A stretch of DNA of 64,000 bases from Octopus bimaculoides (GCF_001194135.2 NC_068998.1:53522831-53586830); one strand, 5' to 3'; positions 39,135 to 52,659 are shown, counted from the stretch's first letter. Numbers and translations: made by a program. Notes: generated by a model from the letters alone, not told the origin.

Positions 39135-39326
39135 TCCCTTTCTCTCTCTTTCACTCAGTCCCACTCGCCTTCCCTCGCGCGCGCGAGCGCTCTCTCCCTC
39201 TCTTTCAGTTCTCTACTTCATCCCCCCTCTTTCTCCCCGTTCCCTTTAGCCCTTCCGCTCACTTTCTCTTCGTTCTCTTTAGCTCTTCCCCCTCTCTCTT
39301 CCCCTTTGTATTTCTCCCCCCCCCCA
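39135..39326 (+). repeat. ~190-nt pyrimidine-rich tract
   Basis: Directly visible; explains the low-complexity part of ORF 39060..39497. Confidence 0.85.
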
Positions 39327-40048
39327 CTCTATGGAAATACTACTTTAGGCTTTACAAGAAATCTCCACATGTTTGAGCATAGCAATATTTTTAACCAAGT
39401 AATATCAGGTGAATATGCACATCTTGATGGACGTTCTTCTAATTTCATAGAAACTTTTCTTGTATTAACTGGGATAAAAAAGCTGAAAGGATACTGACGC
39501 ATGGGTTGCATGTAAAATGTTTTCACAAATGCGATGTAACATTTCCTGACTGCCGTTGATCAAAAGTCGAAATTCTCATTTGCAGGACGCATACATGGAT
39601 CTAATGCTGCAAACGTCGTAACTTGTCTGCAAGACCTCTACGCTACTGAAGATCAGAGACATTCGTGCTAGATAGGAGGCCAATACGTTTGCAGTGTTAC
39701 TAAGACTGAAATGCCTAATACTGAGACAGAATGAAAGCCGTAGATGTTCAATTGAATAGTTGTAATTTAATAGCTGTAGGTAAATAAAAGAAAAGAACAT
39801 GGGTGAGGGGAAAGAAAATTACTGAAGGTAAGCGACGTTTAAAAAGAGGTGGGTTTACTGGATACTAAAATACATGAATATAAACGAGAGTAGAAGCAAG
39901 TTTGTGGTTTGGTCATTTTGACTGCTATATTTAGCATGTAGGGATTGCTTGTTAATACCCTTAATTATTAATTGATTTTTTTTTACCGTTATGGGTTCTT
40001 TTACGCATGATGAGCCACTGATATTATTATGAAGAATAACATCCTCAC

Positions 40049-40049
<1 letters not shown>

Positions 40050-40110
<61 letters not shown>
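40050..40110. repeat. (TA)30 microsatellite
   Basis: Directly visible. Confidence 0.97.
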
Positions 40111-40114
<4 letters not shown>

Positions 40115-40835
40115 CGCACGCAAACACACATACAAGTGTGTGTGTGTGTGAGGTATGTGTGTATGTACCCTTAATTACAGTGTTATTTATGTGTAAGTTT
40201 GCTTTTTAAGTGGCTGAATATATCCTGTTGTGTTAGGTTCATTACAACTGTTTGTTAGATTATCAAGCCTGTCTGAATGCAACGATCTTAACTATCGCAG
40301 TATCCCACTGAGCTCACACTGTATTGGATTATTCCACCACTTAATCCCAACAAACGAAACTGTATTATTATTTAATTCTCCTCATCCTTATCAGTTTATA
40401 TAACTGTCTGCACGAATATTGAATAATGTAGATACAACTTGTAAAAAAACATTCGCAAACTGGCAAAAAAATAACGAGATATTTAATTGATATGAATTTG
40501 CGGCAAGGCTTAATGTTTACGTGAATCTATTTCTTGAATGTTTCTACTTTTTTTCCACATATTCTCATTTGGAATCCGTTTGAAATTCATTTCTGATTTT
40601 GTCTTCTAAATGTGTTTCTGATTTATGAAGTCATGTTAAATCAAATCCAGCAATATTTATCCATTTCAAAATTTTTTATGTTTTATTTTTTTCATCATGT
40701 CAGCTTGTGATATCGTATTATCGGAATTAACTCAATGTAATTCCCCACGTTATACAAATCAACCGTCGTTACAAGCATACAATTATCCAAAGAGGGATTA
40801 TACTTTTTATGCAAAGATTAATATTGCTTGCTGTA

Positions 40836-41048
40836 AGGCGGCGAGCTGGTAGAAACGTTAGCACGTCGGGCGAAATGCTTAGCGCTATTTCGTCTGTATT
40901 TACGTTCTGTGTTCAAATTCCACCGAGGTTGACTTTGCCTTTCATCCTTTCGGGGTCGATATATTAAGTAACAGTTGCGTTCTGGGGTCGGTCTAAACGA
41001 CTGGCCCCTTCTCCCCAAAATCAGGGCCTTGTGCCTAGATTAGGAAAG
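40836..41048 (+). mobile_element. SINE family A, full length, perfect 16-bp TSD
   Basis: AATATTGCTTGCTGTA at 40820-40835 and 41049-41064; A-box-like TGGTAGAAACG, B-box GTTCAAATTC, core CTTTCATCCTTTCGGGGTCGAT (resembles the Nin/Deu SINE core from memory). Confidence 0.95.
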
Positions 41049-41399
41049 AATATTGCTTGCTGTATTTGAGAACCTTTAGAACTTAGGTTCTGACTACGCA
41101 AGCTTAAAACACGACAGTACATTATCTCAATTACAACTGAAGAGAAGACGTTAGATAATGTAGTCCTTTTGTATAGAAAAGTGTGGACCAGCAGCCATGG
41201 ATATTTAGCAATTCGGATTAAACGTCATTACTTGTTATGTAATAAATAACAAGAATAGCTGACTTGCTTAAATAATTAGCCTTTATAAGTTTAAAAGTTT
41301 ACACTTTATTTCATAGAAGATCATGCAACAGAAACAAATATATTTGATTAAACATAAAATAAATATAAAACATTAGGTTTTTTTTTTATTTACATCGTA

Positions 41400-42750
41400 T
41401 TCTTCATGAAAACTTTCAGGCAACCTTTGTTTTAACATTGATAATTAACATTTCTCTGAGCGAATCATACTTCATGATAGCGACTCTCTCACTTGAATCA
41501 GGAAACACATACGTTAATAAGACGTTCGCTTACTATTTTTCATATTTTAATTTTAATGATGAGATTCTATAAAACATCGTGTCAATGTTAGCTTTATTTT
41601 TTTCTCCCAAGCAGAGGATCCATATTAATAGCTGCATCACATTTCAGTATACAACGTTTGAACGACTAAGTCACAATACATGTTTCTTTATATCTGTTCG
41701 TCACAGATTTACGATCAGATTTTATTAAAGTGCTGACATTTAGTTAGCCGTTTAGAGGTGTTAAACAAAACGCTGACATTTAGAATTGGATGTCAAATCG
41801 TAATGCATAAATTACTAAGTCAATGAATACACTCGAAATGATACTTATGATTATCTTAAGCTTTCTTCATTAAGTTATCAATCCTTGTATCGTCCACGGT
41901 TTATGAAACCATTACGTCATATGTAAGCTTAACGTTTATCCTTGAATAAGCACATTTAACTTATTAGTCAACTAGTTTTACTCTAAATAACTTCTCGTTT
42001 ATGAGGTTCATATTCCAAGGTATTCCGAGTGCAGCATTTTTTCATATACAATATATCTTTGGATATTAACTTCATAGCGTGGTTATATTTTGATACACAT
42101 TAGCCGGGTATTTATGCGAAGTGAAGCAACGAGAGAATAACTTCAATACCAATTTCTTGTTCAAATTCATTAAGTCGTCACTAATTGTTTATTGAGTAAA
42201 TCTATAATTAGGGACATTCCGGACGATAATATCCTCATTCAGTCACATGCTACTTAGTGTTGTATATTTTAGGGCTTCTTTTTCGGGGATCGGATTTGTG
42301 TCTACGTTGTTTCTTGGGTACGAAAGAAAGTACGACTGAATGGTTATCTTTTAGAGGACTTGTAAGGTTCAGCTCCCCACATATCAAATCTGTTTTGCTA
42401 TTATCTTTCTTCATTGGAATTATAGAGCCAGTCATCGTTCGCAATTAAAGTATTTTTCTGATCATAACGAAGAATGGCAATCTCCTTGGCGCAATCTTAG
42501 CTATCTTGAATACGGAACGTTCCCAGAACTGATTATCTTTCAAGGTGAAGCGTACCTCCTGCACGAATAGGCAATATCTAAAAGTTTCCCTACGTTATCA
42601 TTTCAAACGTTACATAGGATCTCTTATGCGATATATCTCATCCATCAGACCCTAAATATTGAATAAATGAATGCTACAAATAACAGTTAATGACTAACTG
42701 CGAATAACACTGTTAGAAATGTAAAAGATCCGACTAATCCAGAAATGTCA
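41400..42750 (-). mobile_element. Possible decayed Penelope-like element (C-terminal half)
   Basis: GNVPYSR*LRLRQ (cf. KSIPYSQ.LRLRRIC) and later HFEC / DLVIYAL (cf. F.C.S.NVIY.I.C); heavily disrupted. Confidence 0.3.
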
Positions 42751-44939
42751 CAACTTTTCATCAGCATTTTTCATCGAAAGAATCTATTAACATTGGAGGT
42801 GAGATAGAAGTACAACATATATTGCCATTATATGTTACCATCCATAAACTGAAACATTGAAATCAAAGACGAAATATTATAAACTTCAACTCCTTTGAAC
42901 CGATATTTCTTTTCATCTTATTGTTTTTTTTCAACTACCAGCTATCAGGCTGATAAATAAAGCGGAAAAGTTGATAGATTCTTCGTGGCTCAGACAAGCG
43001 ACATTATAGCAATCAATCACATTTCTGCATCTTCATTTAGGCAGCACATTTAATTAATATAGCATCCTTCCATACTTGTGTAATTATGCTCAATTAAATC
43101 TAACATTTGATTTATCACATATGCACATGCGTACATATGCATGTGCATATGTGTGCAGTTATACGTGTAACGACATCGTCTCGTAAAGATATGTGTCTGT
43201 GCGCGTGTGGTATGTGTGTAGTTCGTATGCGCATGTGTAGATGAATAGATTTATAGATAGATATGTATGTTCGTGTGTCCTGTTCTATAATATATAATTA
43301 TTATTCTCAGATTACTGATAATATGAGAAGACATGCAAGGAAAAGTGTATGTGTAAATGACTTTTGTCTGCATATTTATCTAAACATAAGATATTCTTGA
43401 TGGATTTTATGGGTTTCTATATCACATCGTTTTCGCCAATATTAATTCTAAAGTGTCATAGGACAGTAAAAATGATGATTATTTGTTTTTCTATCACTTG
43501 CTTACGTCCCGAGGCTTTGTCAATAGTTTCCGTCTACATCAGCCTTTAAGTTTTATATATTTTACACATTTTTATGTATCGTATTTCTCGTTATATTCCC
43601 AATTGTTCCGTTGAGGCAGGGATTGATTTAGCATTTTCTGTAAGTATTACAGCAACCAGGGAATTGATTAGCAATCAGAGAACTGCTATTCCAATTGTCA
43701 CTGAAATATTCATCACAAACTATATTTATAATTCTCAGCAAGTGAGATGTACACACGGCAACAAGAGTTACAGCACATATGCTAAGAAACTGCTAATCAC
43801 AGCTGGCCACTCATTTTCGATCCCTGCTCATCGCTATTTCACTTATGCTCTTAATGCTTTTGCTAAATATATGGCTGTGATAAATCCCATTTACATTCAT
43901 ATTTTATATCGATGGCACGAAGCATCAATTTTTTCAATCCTTCTGGCCATGAAAATCAATGTTTTATTTCCAGCAATAATGCATAATATAAATATTGTCT
44001 TGCAAACAGACGGATAAATACATTTCTTTATTACAAATATCATTTCAGAGACACATTTTATACTGCTGCAAATTACACAAGTTAAGGCCTTAAACTATAA
44101 TGTATATCTTTGGCAGAGATTTTATGAGCAGAAAAAAGATACATGAAACAATATAATCACTAGACTATATATGTATATATATAAATGTATATATATAAAT
44201 GTATATATATATATATATATATATATATGCATAGGTGTGTGCGTCTATGTATGTGTGTGTATATGAATCTATGTATGCATGAACACCTGTACCTATATAT
44301 GTATTTATGGATGTATGTAGATTAAAAGGTGTGTTACTAGGTAGGCATGTAGACAGGTATGTAAAGGTATACATATGACTGCATCTATCCATGTGTGCAT
44401 AATTGTAATGTTTTCTTTGCTTCTTTTAATGGTCCATTCTATATGTTGTAGCTTCATACGTACACTTCAGAAGCTCTGACATTCTTCTATGCAAGTCGTA
44501 GATCACCAGTAGATTTTTCCTAGGAATTACGACCACTCTTATTTAAAGTAATCGAGCTGAAGCTGATCATCTATCTAATACTCGGCTAGAAACAAATTAC
44601 GACCATATTCTCTTTGAAATAATAACACTTATTTCTGAATCAAGAGGTTACATTAATCAGTGATGCCAACTGTGTGTGAAATTTTTATGGGACAGTCACT
44701 GCTAGATATCCTTTGATCATAACCCTGCGTGCTTCAGGGTTCGACTCCAACGGATCAACAACAACATAAAGAAAAAGGATTATCGTTATATCACACCAAT
44801 AAATTATTACCATTTTATGCATAACTTTACCGGTATTTTAATGTAGATGGGGAACCTATTCTAACGACAAATCCTTACACATTTTATATTCCCAAAATCT
44901 TCAACCCCTGCTCATTGCTATCTCTTCTCCTAGGATTCA

Positions 44940-45159
44940 TAAAACTTCTTATGGCGTGTAAGCGACCGAGATTGCACCATGGCTCGGGATCGGGACACCC
45001 GTTCGATGTAGAGTTGCTCATCTACCACTGAGTGAACTGGAGAAATGTAAAATAAAGTGTTTGGCTCAAGAACACAACGCACCGCTTGATTCGGGAATCG
45101 AAACTACACTCCTGTTACTATATGTGCAACACTCTAACCACCGGGCCAGGCTCCTTCAC
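44940..45159 (-). mobile_element. SINE family C, 5' half (tRNA head plus CORE-like segment)
   Basis: Reverse complement gtgaaggagcctggcccggtggttagagtg...gtttcgattccc...gcgttgtgttcttgagccaaacactttattttac. Confidence 0.75.
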
Positions 45160-45462
45160 TTTTGGTGGAAAAGTGTTCAAAGCATCGACAATTCTCCTGG
45201 TAGTGTTTCTTTACTACATTTTTGCGAATATTAATTATCACACAAATTAGCGCCCAAATTGTTCAGTAATCACACATTAATTTTATAACATACAATATAT
45301 TCATAGAAACATATTTGATCACAGATCTGGTAGGTCAGATTTTGGCTGAGCTAAACAACATAAGGAAGAGTTATCATTTATTGATCTGGGCTATCTATTT
45401 ACTATTAGTCACTAATTTAGCTGCTTGAATTCCAATAGTACATAAGGTATATGATGTGTAAA

Positions 45463-45738
45463 GAATATCTCCTCAAACACTATTAATTTAAATAAATGGT
45501 GTTAGCTTCACAAACAATATTAGGTAAGGAAAAGTATGTTAACTCCAAAAATCTTATTAGCTAAATATAATGATGTCAGCTTCACAAACCCCAAGAGATG
45601 TGTACAATAGTGTTAACTTGACGCACACACCAATGAGTAAAGACTTTGCCGTTAGTTTTTCAAACCTTATTTGGCAAACAAGATCGTATTTGCTAGAAAG
45701 CACTACGAAACACAGAAATTAATGTTAGCTTCAATCTG
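45463..45738. repeat. Degenerate 37-bp-period minisatellite, about 7 units
   Basis: TGTTAGCTTCACAAAC-like motif at 45463, 45500, 45537, 45574, 45611, 45650 and 45723. Confidence 0.75.
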
Positions 45739-47329
45739 GTTCTACTGTGCTATGTGCCAACAGCTTACGTAGTATATATAGATAATAAATAAATGATGAT
45801 TAAGCTATTATTCTGTATTTCGTTGGTAAATAAATGCGTTCTTAGGCTTATAACTGAACAATAGAATAGGTTCTAACCTGTTTAAATAGAAGCTTTTTTT
45901 ACTGTTATAACACACGAAAAGAATGTTCTCGAATTTGTTTACATAATTATTTATAGGTGAAGGGATAGGTGTGTGGTTTGTAACAACGTATTTGACTATC
46001 TATCAAAGAAATAAGAAAAAAAAATGATTATCAACTATCTATTTATCAATTATGATATTTTTAACAGTTATTTATATCTTGATACAGTATTAATATTCCT
46101 CATTAATATCCTCGCGCACGGCGATCGCAAGATCATGGTTTCAACTATCAGATCGGGCAGATTCATTTTATGCTCCTTCCGTCCGCCGCGAAACTGTGAG
46201 TGACCTTACGATTGACTAGCGTAAATCAATATTACTCTAGTTATGACTAAACATGAGTAGCATTGCTCCAGCATGGTTACATTTCTTGAGCAACAGGAAT
46301 AGCGGTGATAATTATCGTATACAGCAGGAAGCATGTGATCTGCAGATGCATATACATAGCATATACTTAACTTGGTGCCATCACGTAGGATATTTTTAGA
46401 ATCTGTGGTCCAAGTTTTCTCGTGTTACATCCATTAAAATTTATCAATAGATTCTAAATTTTCTTTTAATGAAAGACGGTGTAAAAGTTATGTAGCAAAA
46501 CCTGACTGAATGTAAGGAATTAACATCAGAATCCCAATGGAACCATTCGTGAAAACTTTTGAGTGTATTTTCTGGATTTCATCATTTAGTTTCGATGAAC
46601 GGAAAAAAAGTTTCATTGTTTGTTCGTTTCCGTCAGTGCATGAATATCTGACTGATTGCAGGACGGAGGAAAAATGCATCAAGATTCTTGAAACACTGTT
46701 CGCAAAACAACAAAATAGCACAAAATTTGTCGCCATATGTCTTCTATAGGGCTAACTAAATTAACTTGTCTCTTCATAAGCATTTTTTCTCATTTTCTTT
46801 CTTTTTATTTATTTTTTTATTTATTGTTGCTAGCGCGTACATTTGAACAAACTTTTATTAGTATTTGATGCCAAAAATTCTATTCCTGGTGCTTTGATTC
46901 CTGAAACGAAAGAGAAATGCTCATAAGGTCTATTCTAATCTAAAACTAATTTTGTGATTGAATCGATGAAATTAATTCAATATAATTCGGCTCTTTAAAG
47001 ATATTCGGTTAAGCATATTCACTTGACCCAACAAAATCTATTTTCCATGACAAACTCGTTGTGATAAATATTGTTTCCAGCTTCGACGACCCTCATAATT
47101 TTCCATCATTTTGAAGGATTTATCAACCAAGTCGTGCATGAACATAAATCTACAATTTTTAAAAATGTGTATGTTGAATAATATATTCCGAAATATAGAC
47201 AGATACAGGACAGCAACATAGCTCAAAATATATTCGTGTAGGGTGAGAGATATTTTGATATTCATTGACAACATAAATGATTGACCACCATTATAATATG
47301 AAAACTATTTCACGTTTTTCATACGTCAT

Positions 47330-47960
47330 GCTTTGATGCTTTTTGACGCATCATTAGTGATGTTTCCTATGATTATTATGAGTTTCGGATCTTTCAACAT
47401 CTTCCATTGAGTGACCCAGTCTCGTTGCTCGAAGGAGATATTTGCGAAGTGTTTTATTTCTCCGTCAAATGTAAATAATGTACATAATTCCTCATCTCTC
47501 AAATATAGAACTGTTGTAACATTTACATTTAAAGTCAATTACGAAAACCATTAAAAGTATTCAAAATGTTAAACTTACATGCGGTCAAAAATTCGATTGT
47601 TATCAATACGGTAAGTCCAATTGACAAATAGCTCAACCCATCGGTATTAATCATTAAACTGTTAACGGATTAGTCAACAAGTGGATCGATTTAGCGCTAC
47701 TTCCTGACAGTGCGTTGGTTACCATTTGGTAGACGTGATCTATAAGGACCCTCTCTACACACCACATAGCAATAGCCTTCCATATTTGTCTGCAGTATAC
47801 ACTTTTGTTTACCGCCGGCACTTGAGCTTTGTTTGGGATTAGTGTTTATTGGATGGTAGTATATGTTCCGAATATGAAGTGGGGTTCCAGTCGTTCTGAC
47901 GCAGTCTTTTCAATGTTAAGAATATGAGATTGTCAGATGAGATAATCTTTTACAGCAAGG
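47330..47960 (-). mobile_element. Decayed LINE apurinic endonuclease domain remnant
   Basis: GTPLHIRNIYYHP, RLPNGNQRT, then DEELCTLFTFD...NISFEQRDW (cf. SDH.PI.I...INF.KADW) in the expected order. Confidence 0.4.
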
Positions 47961-49257
47961 AGTAGCATTTGTAGGAACAGGCAATGTATAAAAGGAAGAA
48001 TACAATATAATATCAACTGCCACATAAGATTAGCGTATTCCATTTATCTGTAGATGTATTTAATTATATTGATAACGAACGCTACTAATAACCTGCTTTA
48101 ATTAATTATTGATCCAGCAATTTCCTATCTTTTACGTGTGTTAATTCAATTTTACAAGAAATATACTTCTTCTATGACACCATCCTCTATGACATGTTAC
48201 AACTCATATATTAAAACATCCGAGTCAAAATCCTATTCAACATTTGATCTTCTTACAACATATAAATCCTTTTATCTTATTGTCCTTCCAACTAACATGT
48301 ATTATAAAGATAACCAAAGCATAAAGCGAGAAAGACAGTAAATCATCTTTAGCCGGGTAAATCAATGTTTTACTAGTTACAATTCTACATGTAAATCTAC
48401 TCAACCTAGCAATACAGAGCGAAATATCTTAATACATCTTACTATATAGTGCCATATGTATTCAAATACAGCGTCTTCCATAACTCTTAGCTCTTGTAAT
48501 CTTCCGTCGAAATTATCGCGACGTACACCCCATCTTCCACGTGAACACGAATACGTGCAGACATACATAAACGTACACATACCATACAAATATATTTAAT
48601 AATGTTTGTTTCTGTGTCTATTTTGATTTTGAAGTTGGTTTCTATGATTCTTAACGTGAACATATGTGTTGAAACAGATTCTGCGCAAAAGCAGCCAAAC
48701 ATTGACTGTAGTAATATTCAATATATTCAAGTAGAGTGTCACATTTTTTTATAAGGAAATGCTTGACAATCACTTCAAAGTTGCACACTTCGTGATTCCG
48801 TGGAAGATGGAGTGTATGTCGCTTCGCGGAGCCAAGCACAACAGACAAACCTTCAAAATCAGTTACATTTTCGTCGTAATAAATAACAATGTGTCTACAA
48901 TATCTCAGTCATGTACACATAATACGCGATGTATTTATGTGCGTCTTACGTGTGAATATTTGTCGCAATTACTCTCAAATCAGCGAAGGAAACAAAATAT
49001 ATTTAAAGTAAATATTTCAAGTAAATGTATTTAAAGTGAATAAAGCGTGGTTTTTAAGTGACTTCTATTCGTAGGTTTCCATATTTGTCTCCGTCATTGT
49101 ATTTATTTTAAGTATGTTTATTTTACGTCAAACCCGACATTTTTAAGCAACGCTTTCCTCAGCTACAATATAGACTGACAATTATTTATGCTACTGTGTA
49201 TGTTCCGATGCTTTCTAAAATAATTGGCGCATACTTAGGCTCATTTAATTTGCATAT

Positions 49258-49421
49258 AGGTGCAGGAGTGGCTGTGTAGTAAGTAGCTTGCTTAGCAACC
49301 ACATGGTTCCGGGTTCAGTCCCACTGCGTAACACCCTGAGCAAGTGTCTTCTACTATAGCCACGGGCTGACCAACGTCTTGTCAGTGAATTTGGTAGACG
49401 GAAACTGAAAGAAGCCCGTCG

Positions 49422-49487
<66 letters not shown>

Positions 49488-49650
49488 CATATGTCTGTGT
49501 GTGTGTGTGTGTGTCCCAACATCGCTTCACAACCGATCTTGGTGTGTTTACCTCCTCGTAACTTAGCGGTTCGGCAAAAGAGACCGATAGGATACTATTA
49601 GGCTTACAAAGAATAAATCCTGGGGACGATTTGCAAACGCAATGCCTTAA
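49258..49650 (+). mobile_element. SINE family B, full length, with internal (TA)n(TG)n
   Basis: ggtgcaggagtggctgtgtagtaagtagcttg...ggttcagtcccactgcg...ctgagcaagtgtcttctactatagcc head and CORE-like part; microsatellite; gtaacttagcggttcggcaaaagagaccgatag...cctggggacgatttg 3' part. Confidence 0.92.
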
Positions 49651-49813
49651 AGTGTGATGTGATGTAGTGGTCTTGTGTCGAAGGGAGGCTGCGCTTCGTG
49701 TCAGTTGTAATGCCTTCTTCAAACTTTTGTAGATAGGTATGTACATATGGTGTGTGTATGTACCTACCTACCTATCTAAATATATATATACATATATACA
49801 GGTGTGTATACAT

Positions 49814-49814
<1 letters not shown>

Positions 49815-49862
<48 letters not shown>
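49815..49862. repeat. (TG)n microsatellite
   Basis: Directly visible. Confidence 0.97.
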
Positions 49863-49864
<2 letters not shown>

Positions 49865-50920
49865 AGTAAATGAGAACAATATTTACGCCATACAGCAACG
49901 CAGGGTTATATTTCTAAGCGATCAGTTTATGTGTTGCATGTTTTAACATGTTTCTCTATAATGTATTGATTGCTTAACATTTGATTTGGGGTAACAACTA
50001 GAGAGTTGATCAGCAATCAGATATATGCAATATCGATTGACATTCAAATATTCATCACAACTAATATTTGTAGTGCACGACTATTTAGATAACCACAAAC
50101 TGACGATTGCTGTCACACATGTGTTAAGATATCCATACTCAGGGCCAAGAGCTCGACTTCGATTCTCTGGAGTCCTTACTGCTTTTCATAAACATATGGA
50201 CATCATAGCTCCCGTTTCTATATAGCCAGGGCCCACCAGCTACCTTCCAAAGTCTCTGATCGGGAAAAGTAAAGGTTTCTTTATCGCACTAGTGCATTGG
50301 TTAAATAAATAATTCCTTTCAAACGCGCCAGTACATAAACGGAGATATTCTAAATACAAATGTCATATCCAAAATGCAAGTAACATTATAGTTGCAAATT
50401 TCATATAGAATATGTGCATAAAATGAATGTATTACAGAGAGATTATGATGACAACAGGGGCAAATACATATCATTAAGATTACTAGTTAATTGTATATGT
50501 TCGGTCACTTTCTTTGCCAGAAAACGGTAGATTTTCGACAGTTTCACATAAATATTCGTTATATAGCCAAGAGCGCCGAAGTTATCGATATCAGCGTATG
50601 CTTATAACAAGATAGAGAAGTTTCAGCTTTTAAACGAGTTGTCTATAAATATTCTCCTTCTCACTGAGTTTGGAAGATTGCTAACAACTTGTAGGGCAGT
50701 TGGTATCTCTTACTAAATATGATCTCTTCTGATTCAATGTTGCCGTTGAACTCGGTGGATATTTTGATAAAAAAATAAATAACTTCTACAAATGTTACTT
50801 TTATTAAAATTTATCGCATCCCATTTCTTATTATTTTAGAATGTATATAATGTCGCGGTTGGAGCTGAGACACCGATGATATTTCGTAGCAGCGGCTGTT
50901 GATACGTGTAAATAATAATA

Positions 50921-50985
50921 ATAATCCTTTCTACTATAGATACAAGGACTGAAATTAGTGGGGGGGGGAGCAGTTTGATTAGTTC
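50921..50985 (-). mobile_element. SINE family A 3' tail fragment
   Basis: Reverse complement ccccccccactaatttcagtccttgtatctatagtagaaaggattattat. Confidence 0.6.
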
Positions 50986-52659
50986 CTCTACACTGACTCG
51001 TGTATGATTACAGTTGTCTCTGATAATTCATCACCAACGCTATCACTGGGGAAACTAGACCTAACATTACTAACAAACTAAATCATATGACGTATAACAG
51101 TATCTACGTCATACGGTTCACAAAACTTATTAAGTAAGAACAATGTCGGCTTCAGAAAAGATACTGATGGTGGTATAAATTCCACGGAACGTATCAATTA
51201 ATTTAATGGTCTTAGGTAACCGTAAAATCTTCTGTAGAGGCTGCCTCTGATGTATTTTTGTTCTGAATACAGGCAAATATCGGATTGTTGTAAAGTAACG
51301 AACACTGCACATTTTCTTGATGCCTCGATTTACACGTGAAATGTGATCAAAGTATTTCGAGACACTAGTGACCGTTAGACCATTCTAGTGCTTATCAGTA
51401 GATTATTTAGTTTGTATTCATGAAATTACAGTAATCCATTAAGTTCTCTAATAAAACAAACCCTCCGTCCACATCATTTACTTACGCTTAACAGAAGAGA
51501 AAAACAAATATTTCGCTCATCTTTATTCTCAAATAAAACATTAGATTCTTCAATTTCCGCAGCAATTGTAGTTACACTCTGGACCAGAAGTTACCGATTT
51601 AAATCATTACCAAATATCTCGAGTTCTAGATTATGCTTTACCGAAATAAATATTTACTGTGTGGGAAATGTATTCAGTCCAATTCCTAATAGTTTTCCAA
51701 AGATAAGCAGAACAAGAAGACTATTAGTTATTAATGAATTGCGTCACTGATGACAAAATAAAAAGCAAAACAACGAGTACTGATCAACGAACAATGACTA
51801 TGGTGATGAGGGAGAGAAGGAGGAAGAAGGGGAGGAAGCCCTATTGTATTAACTGTTGTTTGTGATAGTGTGTTGCAGCAGTGACCTACAAATCACAGAA
51901 CGTTATTCAATTTTTGTGACATTTTCTATTTTACGTTACATTTGTTGATGTAAATCAAACATCAATATTATTTTATTGTTTTATATAATCACTTTCAGGA
52001 TTAATCCTTCAGACTTGCCGGAGGATTAAAATTCGAAGAATCTCTGTAAATATCCATTATATGACATCAGTTTACTATTTTTAAATCCAATTTCTACAGA
52101 AAAAAAACATTAAAACAAAAATTTGTAATTTTAGCTTCGAGTCTGTTTTGATTAATTTTTGAATCTATTTGATGATTTTAATGTTTTAACAACACTTTGA
52201 AATTTGTTATTCAATATTTTAATTCCTTCTCAAAATAGTATCGTGTAAATTGAATTAACGCTGAAGTTCTTAGAAGGAGTTAACATCTCGGAAATGTGTT
52301 TTCTAGAACGAAATGTTCTTAATTTATGGTTAAATTTTGTCTGTTGTTTTATTTTACCCAAAGTAGTAACATCTAAAAAATATTGTATGAACTGTTTTTG
52401 CTTATATTTTCTTGTGGTTTTACAGTGTATTATTGAATTTATTGAATAATTAACACACGTTAACTCCTTGGAATAAATTGTTTATAAAGTTTGCTCTTAA
52501 TTAGTAAATGCCTGAATTTACTTTGAACAGAATACAAGCAAATATGGCCGCTCGACTTGAGCATTTTAACATTGTCGGTTTATTTGTTAGATATATCTAC
52601 GTCACACTCCTTCTCACTCACTTCCTCATTCACTCGTTCATTCTTTCTCCCTCCCTTCA

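Noticed and set aside
40836-40925. tRNA gene calls for SINE heads with A/B boxes
   Set aside because: No cloverleaf or anticodon arm can be built, and each head continues into a SINE core and tail.
45463-45738. CRISPR-like repeat-spacer interpretation of the 37-bp array
   Set aside because: The spacers resemble one another, the repeats are degenerate and not palindromic, no cas genes are present, and the context is eukaryotic.
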